From assembly GCA_963768655.1 (NCBI GenBank), contig CAVYIM010000004.1:384001-448000 (forward strand): DNA of 64,000 bases. The letters are read 5' to 3'. A program made the position numbers and the translations under genes. Numbering within the stretch: the stretch's first letter is position 1; every line of letters begins with the position of its first letter. This stretch comes from an uncultured Chloroflexia bacterium. GTDB lineage: Bacteria > Chloroflexota > Limnocylindria > Limnocylindrales > CSP1-4. The notes below the pieces were generated by a model. It did not search any database and was not told the DNA's origin. It saw only the letters and a list, made by a program, of their open reading frames with translations. Shown one piece after another: positions 32,422 to 43,158 of this stretch.

Positions 32422-33281
32422 CGATGCGCCTGGTTTCGGCCGAGCTCGTCGAGAGCCGGCAGATTCTGCCGGGCCAGTGGATCCAATCGTTTCACGCGCC
32501 TGAGCTCGCCGCCGGATCGAGAGCGGGTCAGTTCGTCCACGTTCGAACCGGCGACTACTCGGGCCTGGTCCTGCGGCGGCCGTTTTCGATCAACACCGCA
32601 GATCCGGCCACCGGGATCGTCACGTTGCATTTCCGGACCGTCGGCCGCGGCACCGAATGGCTGACGCGCGCCCGCGAAGGCGATCGGCTGGACATGCTCG
32701 GGCCGCTCGGCCGCCCGTTCGAGGTCGATCCGCGCAGCCACCACCTGCTGCTCGTCGCCGGTGGCCTCGGGATGGCCGGCATCCGGATGCTCGCCGACGA
32801 GGCGGTCCAGGACGGCCGCCAGGTCGTGGTCCTGTTCGGGGCGCAGAGCGCGGCGCACGTCTACCCCTCAAGCCTGCTGCCCGACGAAGTGGAGTACGTC
32901 GTCGCCACGGATGACGGGTCGCTCGGCCACCACGGCTTCGTGACTGAGCTTGTCACCGAATATGAGGCCTGGGCCGATCAGGCCTTCGCCTGCGGCCCGC
33001 ATCCCATGCTCAAGCGGCTGGCGACGCTGGCGGCCGGCCGGCGCGACCGCCTCGGCGTCGCGAAGCTGGGTCGCAAGAGGGGCGGTGGCAGGGCGGATCC
33101 GCTCGGCTCTACGGCCGCGCGGCGCAAGACATTCCTGCAGGTGTCGATGGAGCAGACGATGGGCTGCGCCGTGGGCGCCTGCCTGGGCTGCGTGGTCCTG
33201 GGCGTGGATGGCCCGCTGCGCGTCTGTCGCGAGGGGCCGGTCTTCGCCGCCGATGAGATCGCCTGGGAGTCGATCGCGTGA
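32418..33281 (+). CDS. pyrK: Dihydroorotate dehydrogenase electron-transfer subunit
   Basis: AGQFVH, LRRPFSI, VGRGT, GPLGRPF, VAGGLG, ACGPHPML, MGCAVGACLGC..RVCREGPVF. Confidence 0.93.
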   Translation: MTMRLVSAELVESRQILPGQWIQSFHAPELAAGSRAGQFVHVRTGDYSGLVLRRPFSINTADPATGIVTLHFRTVGRGTEWLTRAREGDRLDMLGPLGRPFEVDPRSHHLLLVAGGLGMAGIRMLADEAVQDGRQVVVLFGAQSAAHVYPSSLLPDEVEYVVATDDGSLGHHGFVTELVTEYEAWADQAFACGPHPMLKRLATLAAGRRDRLGVAKLGRKRGGGRADPLGSTAARRKTFLQVSMEQTMGCAVGACLGCVVLGVDGPLRVCREGPVFAADEIAWESIA

Positions 33282-34492
33282 AGGCCCGCCGGAGAGTCGT
33301 AACCGCCGCGGACGTGCGCCTGGCCAGGCCTACCGGGCAGACGAAACCTGCCAGACCGAAGCGCACCCCGACCGTTCGGACGATCAAGAGCGCCATCGTG
33401 CCGGTGGATCGACCGGCCCGCTCGGGGAGCGGCCGGCCCAGGGTCGAGACCGGCGGCGCGGCCGTCGCGGATCTCGGCGCGCCGTACGCCGCCAGGCCGA
33501 CGCTGGCGGAGCGCGAAGCGCTGGAGCGGATCGACCTCTCGGTCGAGCTGGCGCCCAAGCGAGGGCTTCGGCTGCCCAACCCGATCATGGTCGCCTCGGG
33601 CACGTTCGGCTACGGCGTCGAATACGGCGAAGTCGTGGACGTTCAGCGCCTCGGCGCCATCTGCTGCAAGGGCACGACGCTGCGGCCGCGGGCCGGCAAT
33701 CCTCCGCCGCGGGTCACCGAGACGCCGGGCGGGATGCTGAACTCGATCGGCCTGCAGAACCCGGGCGTCGACGCCGTCATCGAGAAGTACGGTCCCGTCT
33801 GGCAGGGCTGGAAGGTGCCGGTCATCGTCAACGTCGCCGGCGAATCGATCGAGGATTACGTCGAAGTGGCGCGCCGGCTCGACGGCGTGCCCGGCGTGGC
33901 CGGCATCGAGCTAAACATAAGCTGCCCCAACGTCGGCAGGGGCGGGCTGCAGTTCGCGATCGACCGCGACGCCGCGCGGGCCGTCACCGCCGCCGTCCGG
34001 CGAGCGACCGATCTGCCGCTCCTGGTCAAGCTCTCGCCCAATGTCGCGGATGTGCGGCCCATCGCCAGGGCGATCGAGGAAGCCGGCGCGGACGCGATTA
34101 CGGCCATCAACACGCTGTCGGGGCTGGCGGTCTCGGCCGATCGAACGCGCGCCTTCCTCGGGAACACCTACGGCGGCCTCTCCGGTCCGGCCATCAAGCC
34201 GGTGGCGCTGCGCATCGTCTACGAAATCGCCCAGGTGGTGTCGATCCCGATCGTAGGCATCGGCGGGGTGACCTCTCTCGCGGACGTGCTGGACTTCATG
34301 GCGTGCGGAGCGGTGGCGGTCCAGGTCGGCACGGCCATCTTCGCCGACCCGGAACTGCCGGTCCGGCTCGGCGACGAGCTGCGGGCGGAGTGCCTGCGGC
34401 GCGGGCTCCCGTCGTGCGCTCCGCTTGTCGGCACGGCCCTGCCCAATCGAGCCGGGGCGCCGTCCGCCAGGGGCGCCGAGTACAGACCTTGA
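33278..34492 (+). CDS. pyrD: Dihydroorotate dehydrogenase (family 1B) with long N-terminal extension
   Basis: NPIMVASGTFGYG, MLNSIGLQNPG, ELNISCPNV, VKLSPN, INT, GGLSGPAIKP. Confidence 0.95.
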   Translation: MKARRRVVTAADVRLARPTGQTKPARPKRTPTVRTIKSAIVPVDRPARSGSGRPRVETGGAAVADLGAPYAARPTLAEREALERIDLSVELAPKRGLRLPNPIMVASGTFGYGVEYGEVVDVQRLGAICCKGTTLRPRAGNPPPRVTETPGGMLNSIGLQNPGVDAVIEKYGPVWQGWKVPVIVNVAGESIEDYVEVARRLDGVPGVAGIELNISCPNVGRGGLQFAIDRDAARAVTAAVRRATDLPLLVKLSPNVADVRPIARAIEEAGADAITAINTLSGLAVSADRTRAFLGNTYGGLSGPAIKPVALRIVYEIAQVVSIPIVGIGGVTSLADVLDFMACGAVAVQVGTAIFADPELPVRLGDELRAECLRRGLPSCAPLVGTALPNRAGAPSARGAEYRP

Positions 34493-34502
34493 GGAGGCTC
34501 CG

Positions 34503-35190
34503 ATGACCACGATTCGACCGGCGGCCGAGCTTGCGGCGGCGAAAGCCATCGCGGCGCGGACGGAGGAGATCTTCCGGCGGTCCGGGGCACTCAAGGAAGG
34601 CCACTTCCTGCTCAAGAGCGGCAAGCACTCCGAGCGATACCTGGAGAAGTTCCTCGTGCTCCAGGATCCCGCCGCCACGAGCGAGCTGTGCGGCTTCTGG
34701 GCGGCGCGGCATCGAAACGCGGACGGGGCGCCGGTCGTGGATCTCGTCGCCGGCCCCACGACGGGCGGAGTCGTCCTCGCCTTCGAGACGGGGCGGCAGC
34801 TCGGGGTCCGGGCGATCTTCGCCGAAGAGGTGAAGGGTGCCGACGGGGCCGACGCGGCGCGAGTTCCGGCGCGGCTTCACCATCTCCCCGGGCGAGCGGG
34901 TGCTGCTCGTGGACGACATCCTGACGACGGGCGGCTCGTTGCTGGCGATGATCCCCGCGGTCGAGGCCATGGGCGGCGAGATCGTCACGTGCGCCGTCCT
35001 GGCGGACCGCTCCGGCGGGCTGGCGGCGCTCAGCTCCCCGCTGACGGGGCGGAGCTACCCGCTCCGCGCCCTGTGGCAGCTCTCGCTTCCAACCTACGAT
35101 CCGGGCCCCGAGACCTGCCCGGCCTGCCAGGCCGGAGTGGCGCTGTACGCGCCGGGCAGCACGGGGACGGCGGGCGACGCCACGAGCTAG
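34503..35190 (+). CDS. pyrE: Orotate phosphoribosyltransferase; apparent +1 frameshift in GGGG 34845-34848
   Basis: GHFLLKSGKHSERY, GPTTGG in frame 1; RRGFTISPGERVLLVDDILTTGGS..CPAC..APGS in frame 2. Confidence 0.9.
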
Positions 35191-35561
35191 CCGAGCGGCG
35201 GCGGCGGGACGAGCGGCGGCGCGGCGCGCGGGCCGGAGGTGCGCGGCCGGCTCGAAGGTGGCTATTCTGGACGCGGCCGCTCACCCGTCCACGGAGGACG
35301 TGGGGGCGAACCAGCGGCGTAAGCGGAGGTCGATGGGATCGATGAGCAGAGTCGGTGGACCTGGTTGCCGCGATTGCCGAGCTCGCTCTGTGGGTGACCG
35401 CAGCCGCCTTGATCGCGAGCGCCGCCGGAATGCGCCTGCCGGGCGGGCTGCTGGCCTCCTCGACACCGACGCCGTCATCTCGGCCGCGCCGAGTGGTAGC
35501 CCCGGGGCCGGTGTGACGCCTGCTGCGACGCCGTCTGCGACGCCTGGCACGTAGCCCGACT

Positions 35562-36464
35562 CTAGGCCGAAGGAGAGGCGCTCCCCGAAACTCCCGCGGA
35601 CGCGGACGCGGACGGCGCCGGTGAGGCGAGCGCGGCGTCGATGGCGGCCTTGATCAGGTCGTAGGTGGGCCAGGAGTCGGCGTCCGCACCGGCCACGAAC
35701 TTGCCGTTCACGAAGATGGCCGGCGTCCCTGTCACCAGTGCCGGCGCGGCCGCATCCTCAGCGGCGATGTCGCCGTCGTGAGTGCCCTGGTCCAGGCACG
35801 GCTGGAACGTGGCCATGTCGAGGCCGGCCGCCCGGCCGATCGCGGAGAGTCGCGCCAGGGTGAACGCGGACGCGTCCTCGGTCGGCGACTGGTTGGCGTA
35901 GAGCCAGTCGTGCATGACCCAGAACTTGCCCTGGTCGGCGGCGCACCAGCCGGCGTTCGCGGCATCGCGGGATGCCGTACCGCCACTCATCTTGTCGATC
36001 GAGAGGTAGTCGTGCCAGACGAGCCTGGCCTCACCCGGGGCGACGTAGTTGTCGACGAGGCTCTGCTCGGTTCCCTCAGTGGTGAAGACGAAGCAGGCGG
36101 AGCAGCGGAAGTCGCCGTAGACGTCGATCGTGACGGGCGCGTTCGGACTGCCCAGAATTCGACCGCTCGACGGGATATTCGCCGGCGTGATCGCGGTGGG
36201 GCGTATCGGCGAGCCAGTGGGGGTTCCGCTGTTGTTCTGCGTCATAGCGAACGCGGCGCCCACCAGGAACAGGGCGACGACGCCGAAGCCCGCGCTCCAG
36301 CCCAGCAGCGAGCTGGAACTGCTCGCGTTGGATCCGCGAGCTCCGGACCGGGCCGGGGCCCGACCGACCTCCTTGTTCGTCGGGCTCTCCTGCCTGGGCG
36401 ACCGAGCTACGGGCGGCACGTTGCCGCCGGCAGAAGGGCGCCTGGGCGCGCGCTTGCGTTTCAC
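35562..36464 (-). CDS. Membrane-anchored DsbA/BdbD-like thioredoxin-fold protein
   Basis: TM helix; GSPNAPVTIDVYGDFRCSAC, CAADQGKFWVMHDWLYANQ, VTGTPAIFVNG. Confidence 0.9.
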   Translation of the reverse strand: MKRKRAPRRPSAGGNVPPVARSPRQESPTNKEVGRAPARSGARGSNASSSSSLLGWSAGFGVVALFLVGAAFAMTQNNSGTPTGSPIRPTAITPANIPSSGRILGSPNAPVTIDVYGDFRCSACFVFTTEGTEQSLVDNYVAPGEARLVWHDYLSIDKMSGGTASRDAANAGWCAADQGKFWVMHDWLYANQSPTEDASAFTLARLSAIGRAAGLDMATFQPCLDQGTHDGDIAAEDAAAPALVTGTPAIFVNGKFVAGADADSWPTYDLIKAAIDAALASPAPSASASAGVSGSASPSA

Positions 36465-37036
36465 CGCGTCTTCCCTCGTGAGCCGCCGTCGACGTCCTGC
36501 GGCACGGGCCGGCCGGATGGACCCGTCAGCGGGCAATCGAGCTCCAGCTCGTCCCGGATGGGGATTCCGTGGGCGCCGATGAGCGGGATCTCGGGCTTGA
36601 GCAGCTTGCGGGCCTGGGTCACCGCTTCGGGCCACAGACGCACCAGACGAAGGTCGCGGCGCTGGTAGAAGCGCAGCGCATCGACGTTGTCGTTGGTGGT
36701 CACGAGCCACAGGCGGCGAGTGCCCGCCTTCCTGGCCAGTTCCTTGACTGCGTCGAGGAGCGCCGTCCCCGTTCCGTGGCCCCGTTCGAACGCCTCGAGG
36801 AGGACGAGCTCGCAGGCACCCGCGGCGAAGCGGAATACGGCCGCGCCCAGCCAGCGCTCGCCGTCGACGGCCAGCAGGCATGGCAGCTCCGAGACGCGAT
36901 GAAGAGAGAGGCGGCTGGCCACGTAGGGCGAGCCCCAGTTCTTCACGACGACGCGGTCGAGCTCGCCGCGCTCCTCGATTCGGATCGGGCGGATCGTTCG
37001 GGCGATCGCCGTGGCTTCAGGTGCCGAGTCGGGCAT
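36461..37036 (-). CDS. GNAT-family N-acetyltransferase
   Basis: RGHGTGTALL, LWLVTTNDNVDALRFYQRR, GAHGIPIRDELEL. Confidence 0.9.
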   Translation of the reverse strand: MPDSAPEATAIARTIRPIRIEERGELDRVVVKNWGSPYVASRLSLHRVSELPCLLAVDGERWLGAAVFRFAAGACELVLLEAFERGHGTGTALLDAVKELARKAGTRRLWLVTTNDNVDALRFYQRRDLRLVRLWPEAVTQARKLLKPEIPLIGAHGIPIRDELELDCPLTGPSGRPVPQDVDGGSRGKTR

Positions 37037-37056
37037 GGCTGATGGAGCCGCCGCGC

Positions 37057-38736
37057 TCAGTCGAGCCTGACGTGCTCGTGCCAGTGCGGCGCACTGGCAG
37101 GCAGGCCCAGAGCCGCGATCTTGGGCTGGATAGCCTGCTGCGCGTCGGGGTCGCCGTGGACGATGAAGACCTGCCGCGGCACGCCCGGGTCGCCGGCCTT
37201 GCGACCTTCGATGAAGTGGCCGAGCCAGGTCAGGATCTGCGGCTCGTCGGCGTGGGCCGAGAACCCGGTGATGGAGCGCACGGCGCAGCGGACCTGGTAC
37301 TCCTGACCGTCGAGGCGGGCCGTCTTGACGCCGGCCTGCAGGCGCGCCCCGAGCGTGCCCTCGCCCTGGTACCCGACGAACAGGATCATCGCCTTCGTGT
37401 CGCCGATGAGGGTTCGCAGGTGGCCCAGGACGCGGCCGCCGGTGAGCATGCCGTTCGAGGCGACCAGGACATACGGCCGGCGCGAGCGATCGATCTTCTC
37501 GGAGTCGGCCGCCAGCGGCGTCTCCTGTTCGTTCGGGAAGTTGATCGGGCCTTCGCCCTTCGCCAGCAGCGCCAGCGTCTCGGCGTCGTAGTAGTCGCGG
37601 TGCTCGCGATAGATCGTCGTTGCCTTCGACGCCATCGGCGAGTCGAGGTAGAGCTTGACCTTCGGGATCCGGCCGGCGTCGAGGAGGTGCTGGAGCGCCC
37701 ACACGACCTCCTGCGTTCGACCGATCGCGAATGACGGGATCAAGAGCACGCCATTCTGAGCGACGATGTCGTTGACGGCCTGCGCCAGCTGATCGAGAGA
37801 CTCCTCCTCTGGCTCGTGGGTGCGGCCGCCGTAGGTCGACTCGACGAACACGTAGTCGGCGGCCTTGATGACGGCCGGGTCGCGCAGGATCGGGGCATCG
37901 GTGCGGCCGAGGTCGCCCGAGAAGACGAGGGTCCGGGCCGGTGTGCTTCCCTGAGCCTCGACGCGCAACTCCACGATCGAGGAGCCGAGGATGTGGCCCG
38001 CGTCGTGGAAGACGGCGGTGATCCCGGGCGCGACGGCGACCGTCGCCTCGTAGGCGACGGCCTTGAACCGCGCCAGCGAGCTCTGGGCCTGCGCCGCGTC
38101 GTAGAGCGGCTCCTCGACGACGAGGTTCGGCTGCGCCGGATTGCCGGCCATGGAGGCCGCGTAGTTGTCGTGGCCGACGGGCGGATAGCCCATGCGCGTG
38201 CCCAAGGCTTGCTCGTCGTGGAGCGCCAGTTCGTCGACCCCCGAGGCCACGACGTGGCCGTCCGGCGTCAGGTCGCCTGGCTTCCTAGTCGGGATCGCGG
38301 TGGCCTGGTCTTCCTGCTCGGCGATCTGTTCCTGCGCCGCGATGTCGGCCAGCTCCTTCTGGTCCTCCTGGGCGGCCTTGTCCGGGTGCTTCGCCGCCCA
38401 GTGGCGTTGCCGCTTGGCGTATTCCTCCTGGAGCTTGCCCGAGTCGAGCAGCACCAGAGCGGCCAGCTCGATCGTGCCCCTGGTAGCGTAGATGGGCCCG
38501 TTGAAGCCCTCGGCCACAACCCGCGGAATCAGCCCGCAATGGTCCAGGTGGGCGTGGGTCAGGACGATCGCATCGAGGCCGGCGGGGTCGTAGGCCGGCG
38601 GGACGCGGTTGCGGACGACCTCGTGCGGGCCGCCCTGGAACATGCCGCAGTCGATCAGCACATGGGCTCGATCGGTGATGAGGAGGAATTGGGATCCGGT
38701 GACGGTGTTGGCAGCGCCGAGGAAGCGGATTTCCAT
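37057..38736 (-). CDS. MBL-fold beta-CASP ribonuclease (YSH1/TTHA0252-like) with large internal insertion
   Basis: FLGAANTVTGS, DCGMFQG, THAHLDHCG, AGHILGS, FSGDLG, ESTYG, FAIGRTQE, GFSAHAD. Confidence 0.93.
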   Translation of the reverse strand: MEIRFLGAANTVTGSQFLLITDRAHVLIDCGMFQGGPHEVVRNRVPPAYDPAGLDAIVLTHAHLDHCGLIPRVVAEGFNGPIYATRGTIELAALVLLDSGKLQEEYAKRQRHWAAKHPDKAAQEDQKELADIAAQEQIAEQEDQATAIPTRKPGDLTPDGHVVASGVDELALHDEQALGTRMGYPPVGHDNYAASMAGNPAQPNLVVEEPLYDAAQAQSSLARFKAVAYEATVAVAPGITAVFHDAGHILGSSIVELRVEAQGSTPARTLVFSGDLGRTDAPILRDPAVIKAADYVFVESTYGGRTHEPEEESLDQLAQAVNDIVAQNGVLLIPSFAIGRTQEVVWALQHLLDAGRIPKVKLYLDSPMASKATTIYREHRDYYDAETLALLAKGEGPINFPNEQETPLAADSEKIDRSRRPYVLVASNGMLTGGRVLGHLRTLIGDTKAMILFVGYQGEGTLGARLQAGVKTARLDGQEYQVRCAVRSITGFSAHADEPQILTWLGHFIEGRKAGDPGVPRQVFIVHGDPDAQQAIQPKIAALGLPASAPHWHEHVRLD

Positions 38737-38831
38737 ACCGCGCATACTGCCATCCCGCGGCCTCCGGCGTGCGCGGGTCGCGCAGATGTGCCGGATCGGC
38801 CGGGCCGGCGACGCCGGTTTCGGCCACCGGA

Positions 38832-38871
38832 TCGGTCCGCGCCAGTTCGGTCCGCGCCAGTTCGGTCCGCG
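38832..38871. repeat. Intergenic 15-bp tandem repeat (tcggtccgcgccagt, ~2.7 copies)
   Basis: Seen directly. Confidence 0.75.
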
Positions 38872-39198
38872 GGCAGCCCCGATCTCGGTCGCCGTACGCC
38901 TGGTGGACGTGTTTGACGTTTGTCGGGCCTGGTTTCGGTCATCTACGTCTCGTGGGCGTGCTGGCCGCAGACCGGGCCCGTTTCGTCGGTTCCACACGTG
39001 CCCTGACCGGTCGTGAGCTCGGCACTGAGCGTGGGTATCGGCCTAAGTCTGGTCGAGTCAGCTCGGGACAGGGCGCCGGTCACGCCGGCCACGCCTGGCA
39101 GGCGCGTCTGATCGAAACAATGGCGTGGAGCGCTCGCACGTGGCCGGATGTCGCTGAGCCGGGCCAGTGTGTCACTATTCGGGCCAGGGAGGCGAACG

Positions 39199-39624
39199 TT
39201 GAGCAGGGCCAGGCTGGTAAACGCCGCCGCTGTCTTCGTGACCCCGGACATCCGCAAGACCGCCGCGTACTACCGCGACGTCTTCGGCTTCACGGTCGTC
39301 GAGCACTACGATGCCGAGGAGGCCTTTGCCACGATCTACCGCGACGACGTCGAGGTGGTCCTGGTGCAGGCCAGGCACGGCGACGTCCAGTCCAACACCG
39401 CCCGTTACGGCGCCGGCTTCGACCTCTACCTGGACCCGGATACCGTCGATGGCGTCGATTCGATGCACGAAGAGTTGAAGGCGCAGGGCGCCCGGATCGT
39501 CCGCGAGCCGGCGATGACGGCCTACGGCTCGTACGAGTTCGTCGTCGAGGACGTGGACGGCAGGCTGATCGGGATCGGCCGGGTCCGGGACCGCGAAACG
39601 TTCTTCCGTGGCGCCTTCGGGTGA
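39199..39624 (+). CDS. VOC/glyoxalase/bleomycin-resistance family protein
   Basis: GGGAGG RBS + TTG; DIRKTAAYYRDVFGF..EPAMTAYGSYEFVVEDVDGRLI. Confidence 0.88.
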   Translation: MSRARLVNAAAVFVTPDIRKTAAYYRDVFGFTVVEHYDAEEAFATIYRDDVEVVLVQARHGDVQSNTARYGAGFDLYLDPDTVDGVDSMHEELKAQGARIVREPAMTAYGSYEFVVEDVDGRLIGIGRVRDRETFFRGAFG

Positions 39625-39660
39625 ACTGATGACGCGCCGCCCGCCGGCCGAATCCTCGCC

Positions 39661-39687
39661 CGAGCGTTTGGGGCGGCTCTTGCGTCT
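39661..39687 (+). promoter_or_regulatory. Candidate ECF autoregulatory promoter CGAGCG-N16-CGTCT (leaderless)
   Basis: ECF-like -35/-10 ending 7 nt before the GTG of the sigma gene. Confidence 0.4.
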
Positions 39688-39694
39688 GTAGGGT

Positions 39695-40264
39695 GTGATG
39701 GCCGATCGATCGCTTCCGCGCGCCGCGACCGGAACGCGCGCGATCCCCGAGGCCGGCCGCCAGCGGACGGTGCATCTGCTGTTTCAGCGCCGCTCGCAGG
39801 AGATGTTCGGCTTCGTCAGGCGCCTCGGCCTCGCTGACGAGGAAGCGTCCGACGCCGTCCAGGAGACGATGCTGCGCCTGTGGCGCGAGCTCGACTCCGG
39901 GGCGGAGATCGCGGATCCGGACGCCTGGGCCTTTCGGACGCTGTACCGCGTGAGCATCGACAGCCACCGACTGCGACGGCGGGTCGCAGGCCTGGTCGAG
40001 CGTATTGGGGGCCGGCTTGCCGCCGACGACCGGGGCCGGCGCGACGGCGACCCGGCGGCCGCGATCGATGTGGACGCGATCTGGCAGGCGGTCGATAGGC
40101 TGCCGGAGCGCCAGCGGGCCGTCCTGTATCTCCGCTACCGGGCCGACCTGCCGTACGAGCGGATCGGAGCGGCCCTTGGAATAACTCCCAGCGCGGCACG
40201 GGGCCACGCGTCCACCGGGCTCGGGACTCTGCGGCGGCGCCTTCACCTCGAGGACGAACGATGA
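39695..40264 (+). CDS. ECF RNA polymerase sigma factor
   Basis: ASDAVQETMLRLW, DAWAFR, LPERQRAVLYLRYRADLPYERIGAALGI. Confidence 0.9.
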   Translation: MMADRSLPRAATGTRAIPEAGRQRTVHLLFQRRSQEMFGFVRRLGLADEEASDAVQETMLRLWRELDSGAEIADPDAWAFRTLYRVSIDSHRLRRRVAGLVERIGGRLAADDRGRRDGDPAAAIDVDAIWQAVDRLPERQRAVLYLRYRADLPYERIGAALGITPSAARGHASTGLGTLRRRLHLEDER

Positions 40265-41989
40265 CTCATGACGAGCGGATCGAGGACGCGCTGCGGCGAC
40301 AGCCGGCCGACGAACGGGAATACGTGGAGCCGCTGGCGATGCCCGCGTTCTCCGTGACGCAGCGGGTTGGCCCGGTCACGAGGTCGCGTGCCCGGACCGG
40401 CGGGTTGAGGCCCCTCGTGGCGTTGCTGGTCGTGGTCGTCGTCGCCGGCGCGTCGCTGACGTTCGGCTTGTACGGGCCACTCCATCTCGCTCGGCCCGGC
40501 CCGGCCGGCACGCCCGCGGTCCAGGGCACGGACCAGGGGCAGAATCCTCTCTCTCGAGCAGACCGCCGAGGCCAGCGTAGGGCCGTCGGGGCAAATTCGG
40601 TCCGGTGGGCTCTGGGCCATGAAGGGCTCGGCGCTGCTTGTTTCGACCGACGATGGGCAGACCTGGCGCGCCCACTCGATTCCCCGGGCAAACATGAACA
40701 CGCTCGTCGGAGACGCACTGTTCATGCTCGACGCCGATCATGCCTGGTCGATCACCGACGCTCACACGATCTATCGGACGAGCGACGGCGGAGCCAGCTG
40801 GGCCGCCGCCACTCTGCCCGACGACTGCGGTATCCAGTTCGGTCTGAGCTTCGTAGACCCGTACGTCGGGTACGTGATCTGCCTCGACGACTATGCGCGG
40901 GCCACGGTCATGCGCACCGGCGATGGCGGGGCTACCTGGACGTTGATCACGGCGAACGCGACCACCGACTCGGGTCCGATCGGCTCGGTCATGGAGGCAA
41001 CTGACGAGCAGACTCTGTGGGCCGCCTCGAACGACTTCGACAACGGCACGCAGGCTCTCCTCGCCGTGAGCCGCGACGGCGGCGCCACGTGGACCGATGC
41101 GAAGCTGCCTGGCGTGCCGGCCGCCAACGTTCGGGCTGAGGACGACGGCAAGCCCGGCTGGTCGGCGAGTCTGCCCACGTTCGTCACGCCGGAGGAGGGC
41201 CTCGTCGGAGTAGGGGATCGGTCGGTCGGATCGTCCGGGGGGCAGTTCTTCGCCACCGGCGACGGCGGGCGGACCTGGAAGGAGGATCCTGAGGCGTCCG
41301 GCCAGGATCGCTCCCCGGCAGCGGTTCTGACGATGAGTTCCTGGGTGTCATACGACGATTCCCCGCCGCGGATCCTGCACACCTCGGATGGCGGCGCGGA
41401 CTGGACCGCCGTCGCCGCTGGCGGGTTGCCGGATCCGGCGTACTTCTACGGCTTCGCATTCAGCGATGAACTGCACGGAATGGCGGAAGTCATCTCGTCT
41501 GCCGCCGACAGCGGCGGACTCGTCCTGCTGGTGACCTCCGACGGCGGCGCGACCTGGACGGCGCCGGACCTGACAGCCGCAGCCGCCGGGCTGGTGCCGG
41601 TGTCCGGCGATGAAGAAGCAGCCGTTCGGGCGACGGTCGAGTCCTACGAACAGGCGAGCCTGGCCGGGAATGTGGCGGCCGAGAACGCCGTGCTCTCGCC
41701 GCTGTCCCAGATCGTGCCCGTAGACGCGCCCGACGCCACGCCGGCGCCGGTGCCAGCGGGGTTCGAGATCGCGAGCGTGGCTCGCACCGGCCTGGACCTC
41801 GATCCCGCCGCCGGCTACGAGAACGTCGACGTCCTGGAGGAAGCCGACTACTCGCGTGCCTTCGCCGTCGCGGTTCGAGTGACGTTCTTAGGCGGCTCGA
41901 CGACCGACGAGAAGCTCCTGGTCGCGCCGCTGCTTGGAGCCGGGTGGAGGATCTGGACGCCCTCAGACCTGACCGTTTCGTCGAAGTAG
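40261..41989 (+). CDS. Membrane-anchored BNR/Asp-box (YCF48/sialidase-like) propeller protein, putative anti-sigma partner; apparent +1 frameshift in GGGG 40536-40539
   Basis: TM LVALLVVVVVAGASL; repeated STDDGQTW/TSDGGASW/TGDGGATW Asp-boxes; removing one G joins ORFs 40261 and 40619. Confidence 0.78.
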
Positions 41990-42296
41990 GCAGCGGTCCG
42001 GGCGGATTCTGCCGCGTGGCCGGCGGGGTGAGCGCGACGCCTCGCTGTTTCCGGCACCTACGCCTGCTGGGCGTGTTGGGCGCGAACAAGCGCCTGATCG
42101 GCGCCTCGGAGGTCCTTGGCGGGGCTGGCAGCTCTCGCCATTGAGCGTGGGCGTTGGGCTGAACGTGGTCGTAGCCGTCCAGGATCACGCACGAGGCGCG
42201 TCCAACACACCTGGTACGCGTATCCGGCGGAATCCGCGCGGCGAAGGACGCGCTGCGGCCGGTCGCGGCCCGCCGGGCTGCCCGGCCGCGAAGGCG

Positions 42297-43142
42297 TCAG
42301 TCGCGGAGATCGATGTAGACCGGGGCGTGGTCGGAAGGGAGCTGGCCCTTGCGCGCGTCGCGGTCGATCTCGGCTGCGGTGCAGCGAGCGGCCACGGAGC
42401 GGGTGGCGTAGAGGTGGTCGATGCGCATCCCCAGGCCCTTGTGGAAGTTGCCGGCGCGGTAGTCCCACCAGCTGAACTTTCCCGGCTCGGGGTGGTGGAG
42501 CCGGTAGGCGTCGACCAGGCCCCAGTCGCGGAGGGCGGCGACGGCCGTCCGTTCGGGCTCGGAGACGTGCGTGGCGCCGGCGAAGTCGCGCGGGTCGTAG
42601 ACGTCCATGTCTTCGGGCGCGACGTTGAAGTCGCCGCCGATGACGAGCGCGCCGGCCGGATTCTGGGTCTCGCGCAGCCAGCGGGCCAGGCGGTCGAACC
42701 AGGCCAGCTTGGCTCGATAGAACGGCGTGTCCAGGGCTCGACCGTTGGGGGCGTAGATGCTGACGACGCGCACGCGACCACAGACCGCCGAGATCATCCG
42801 CGCCTCGTCGCCGGGAGCCACGGACGCCTCGGCCTCGATGGCATCCGCGATCGCGGCGGTGGCAGACTCGGGCCCGGGTGAGCGGCGGACCGGCCCGTCG
42901 CCGAAGTTGGTGACGACGTCCTCGATCCCGACGCGGCTCGCGATGGCGACGCCGTTCCAGCGCCCCTCGCCGTGGTGGGCCAGTTCGTAGCCGGCCATCT
43001 GGAATGGCATGTCCGGGGCGGCCTCATCGGCGAGCTTGGTCTCCTGCATCAGCAGCACGTCGGGGGAGCGCTGGGCGAGCCACTCCTCGACCCGCGGCAG
43101 CCGGGCCTTCAGCGAGTTGACGTTCCAGGTCGCGATGCGCAT
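42297..43142 (-). CDS. xth: Exodeoxyribonuclease III
   Basis: IATWNVNS, QETK, WNGVAI, YAPNGR, GDFNVAP, FSWWDYR, RIDH, PSDHAPV. Confidence 0.95.
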   Translation of the reverse strand: MRIATWNVNSLKARLPRVEEWLAQRSPDVLLMQETKLADEAAPDMPFQMAGYELAHHGEGRWNGVAIASRVGIEDVVTNFGDGPVRRSPGPESATAAIADAIEAEASVAPGDEARMISAVCGRVRVVSIYAPNGRALDTPFYRAKLAWFDRLARWLRETQNPAGALVIGGDFNVAPEDMDVYDPRDFAGATHVSEPERTAVAALRDWGLVDAYRLHHPEPGKFSWWDYRAGNFHKGLGMRIDHLYATRSVAARCTAAEIDRDARKGQLPSDHAPVYIDLRD

Positions 43143-43158
43143 CCGATCCCTCCCGCGG

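Noticed and set aside
31413-33281. 622-aa ORF suggesting an acidic-protein/PyrK fusion
   Set aside because: The middle is out-of-frame Arg-rich text; a +1 indel at 31677-31678 restores two separate genes.
35258-35554. Small membrane protein after pyrE
   Set aside because: The hydrophobic segment (VDLVAAIAELALWVTAAALIA) and the P/S/T tail are in different frames; it would need two indels, so it is not supportable.
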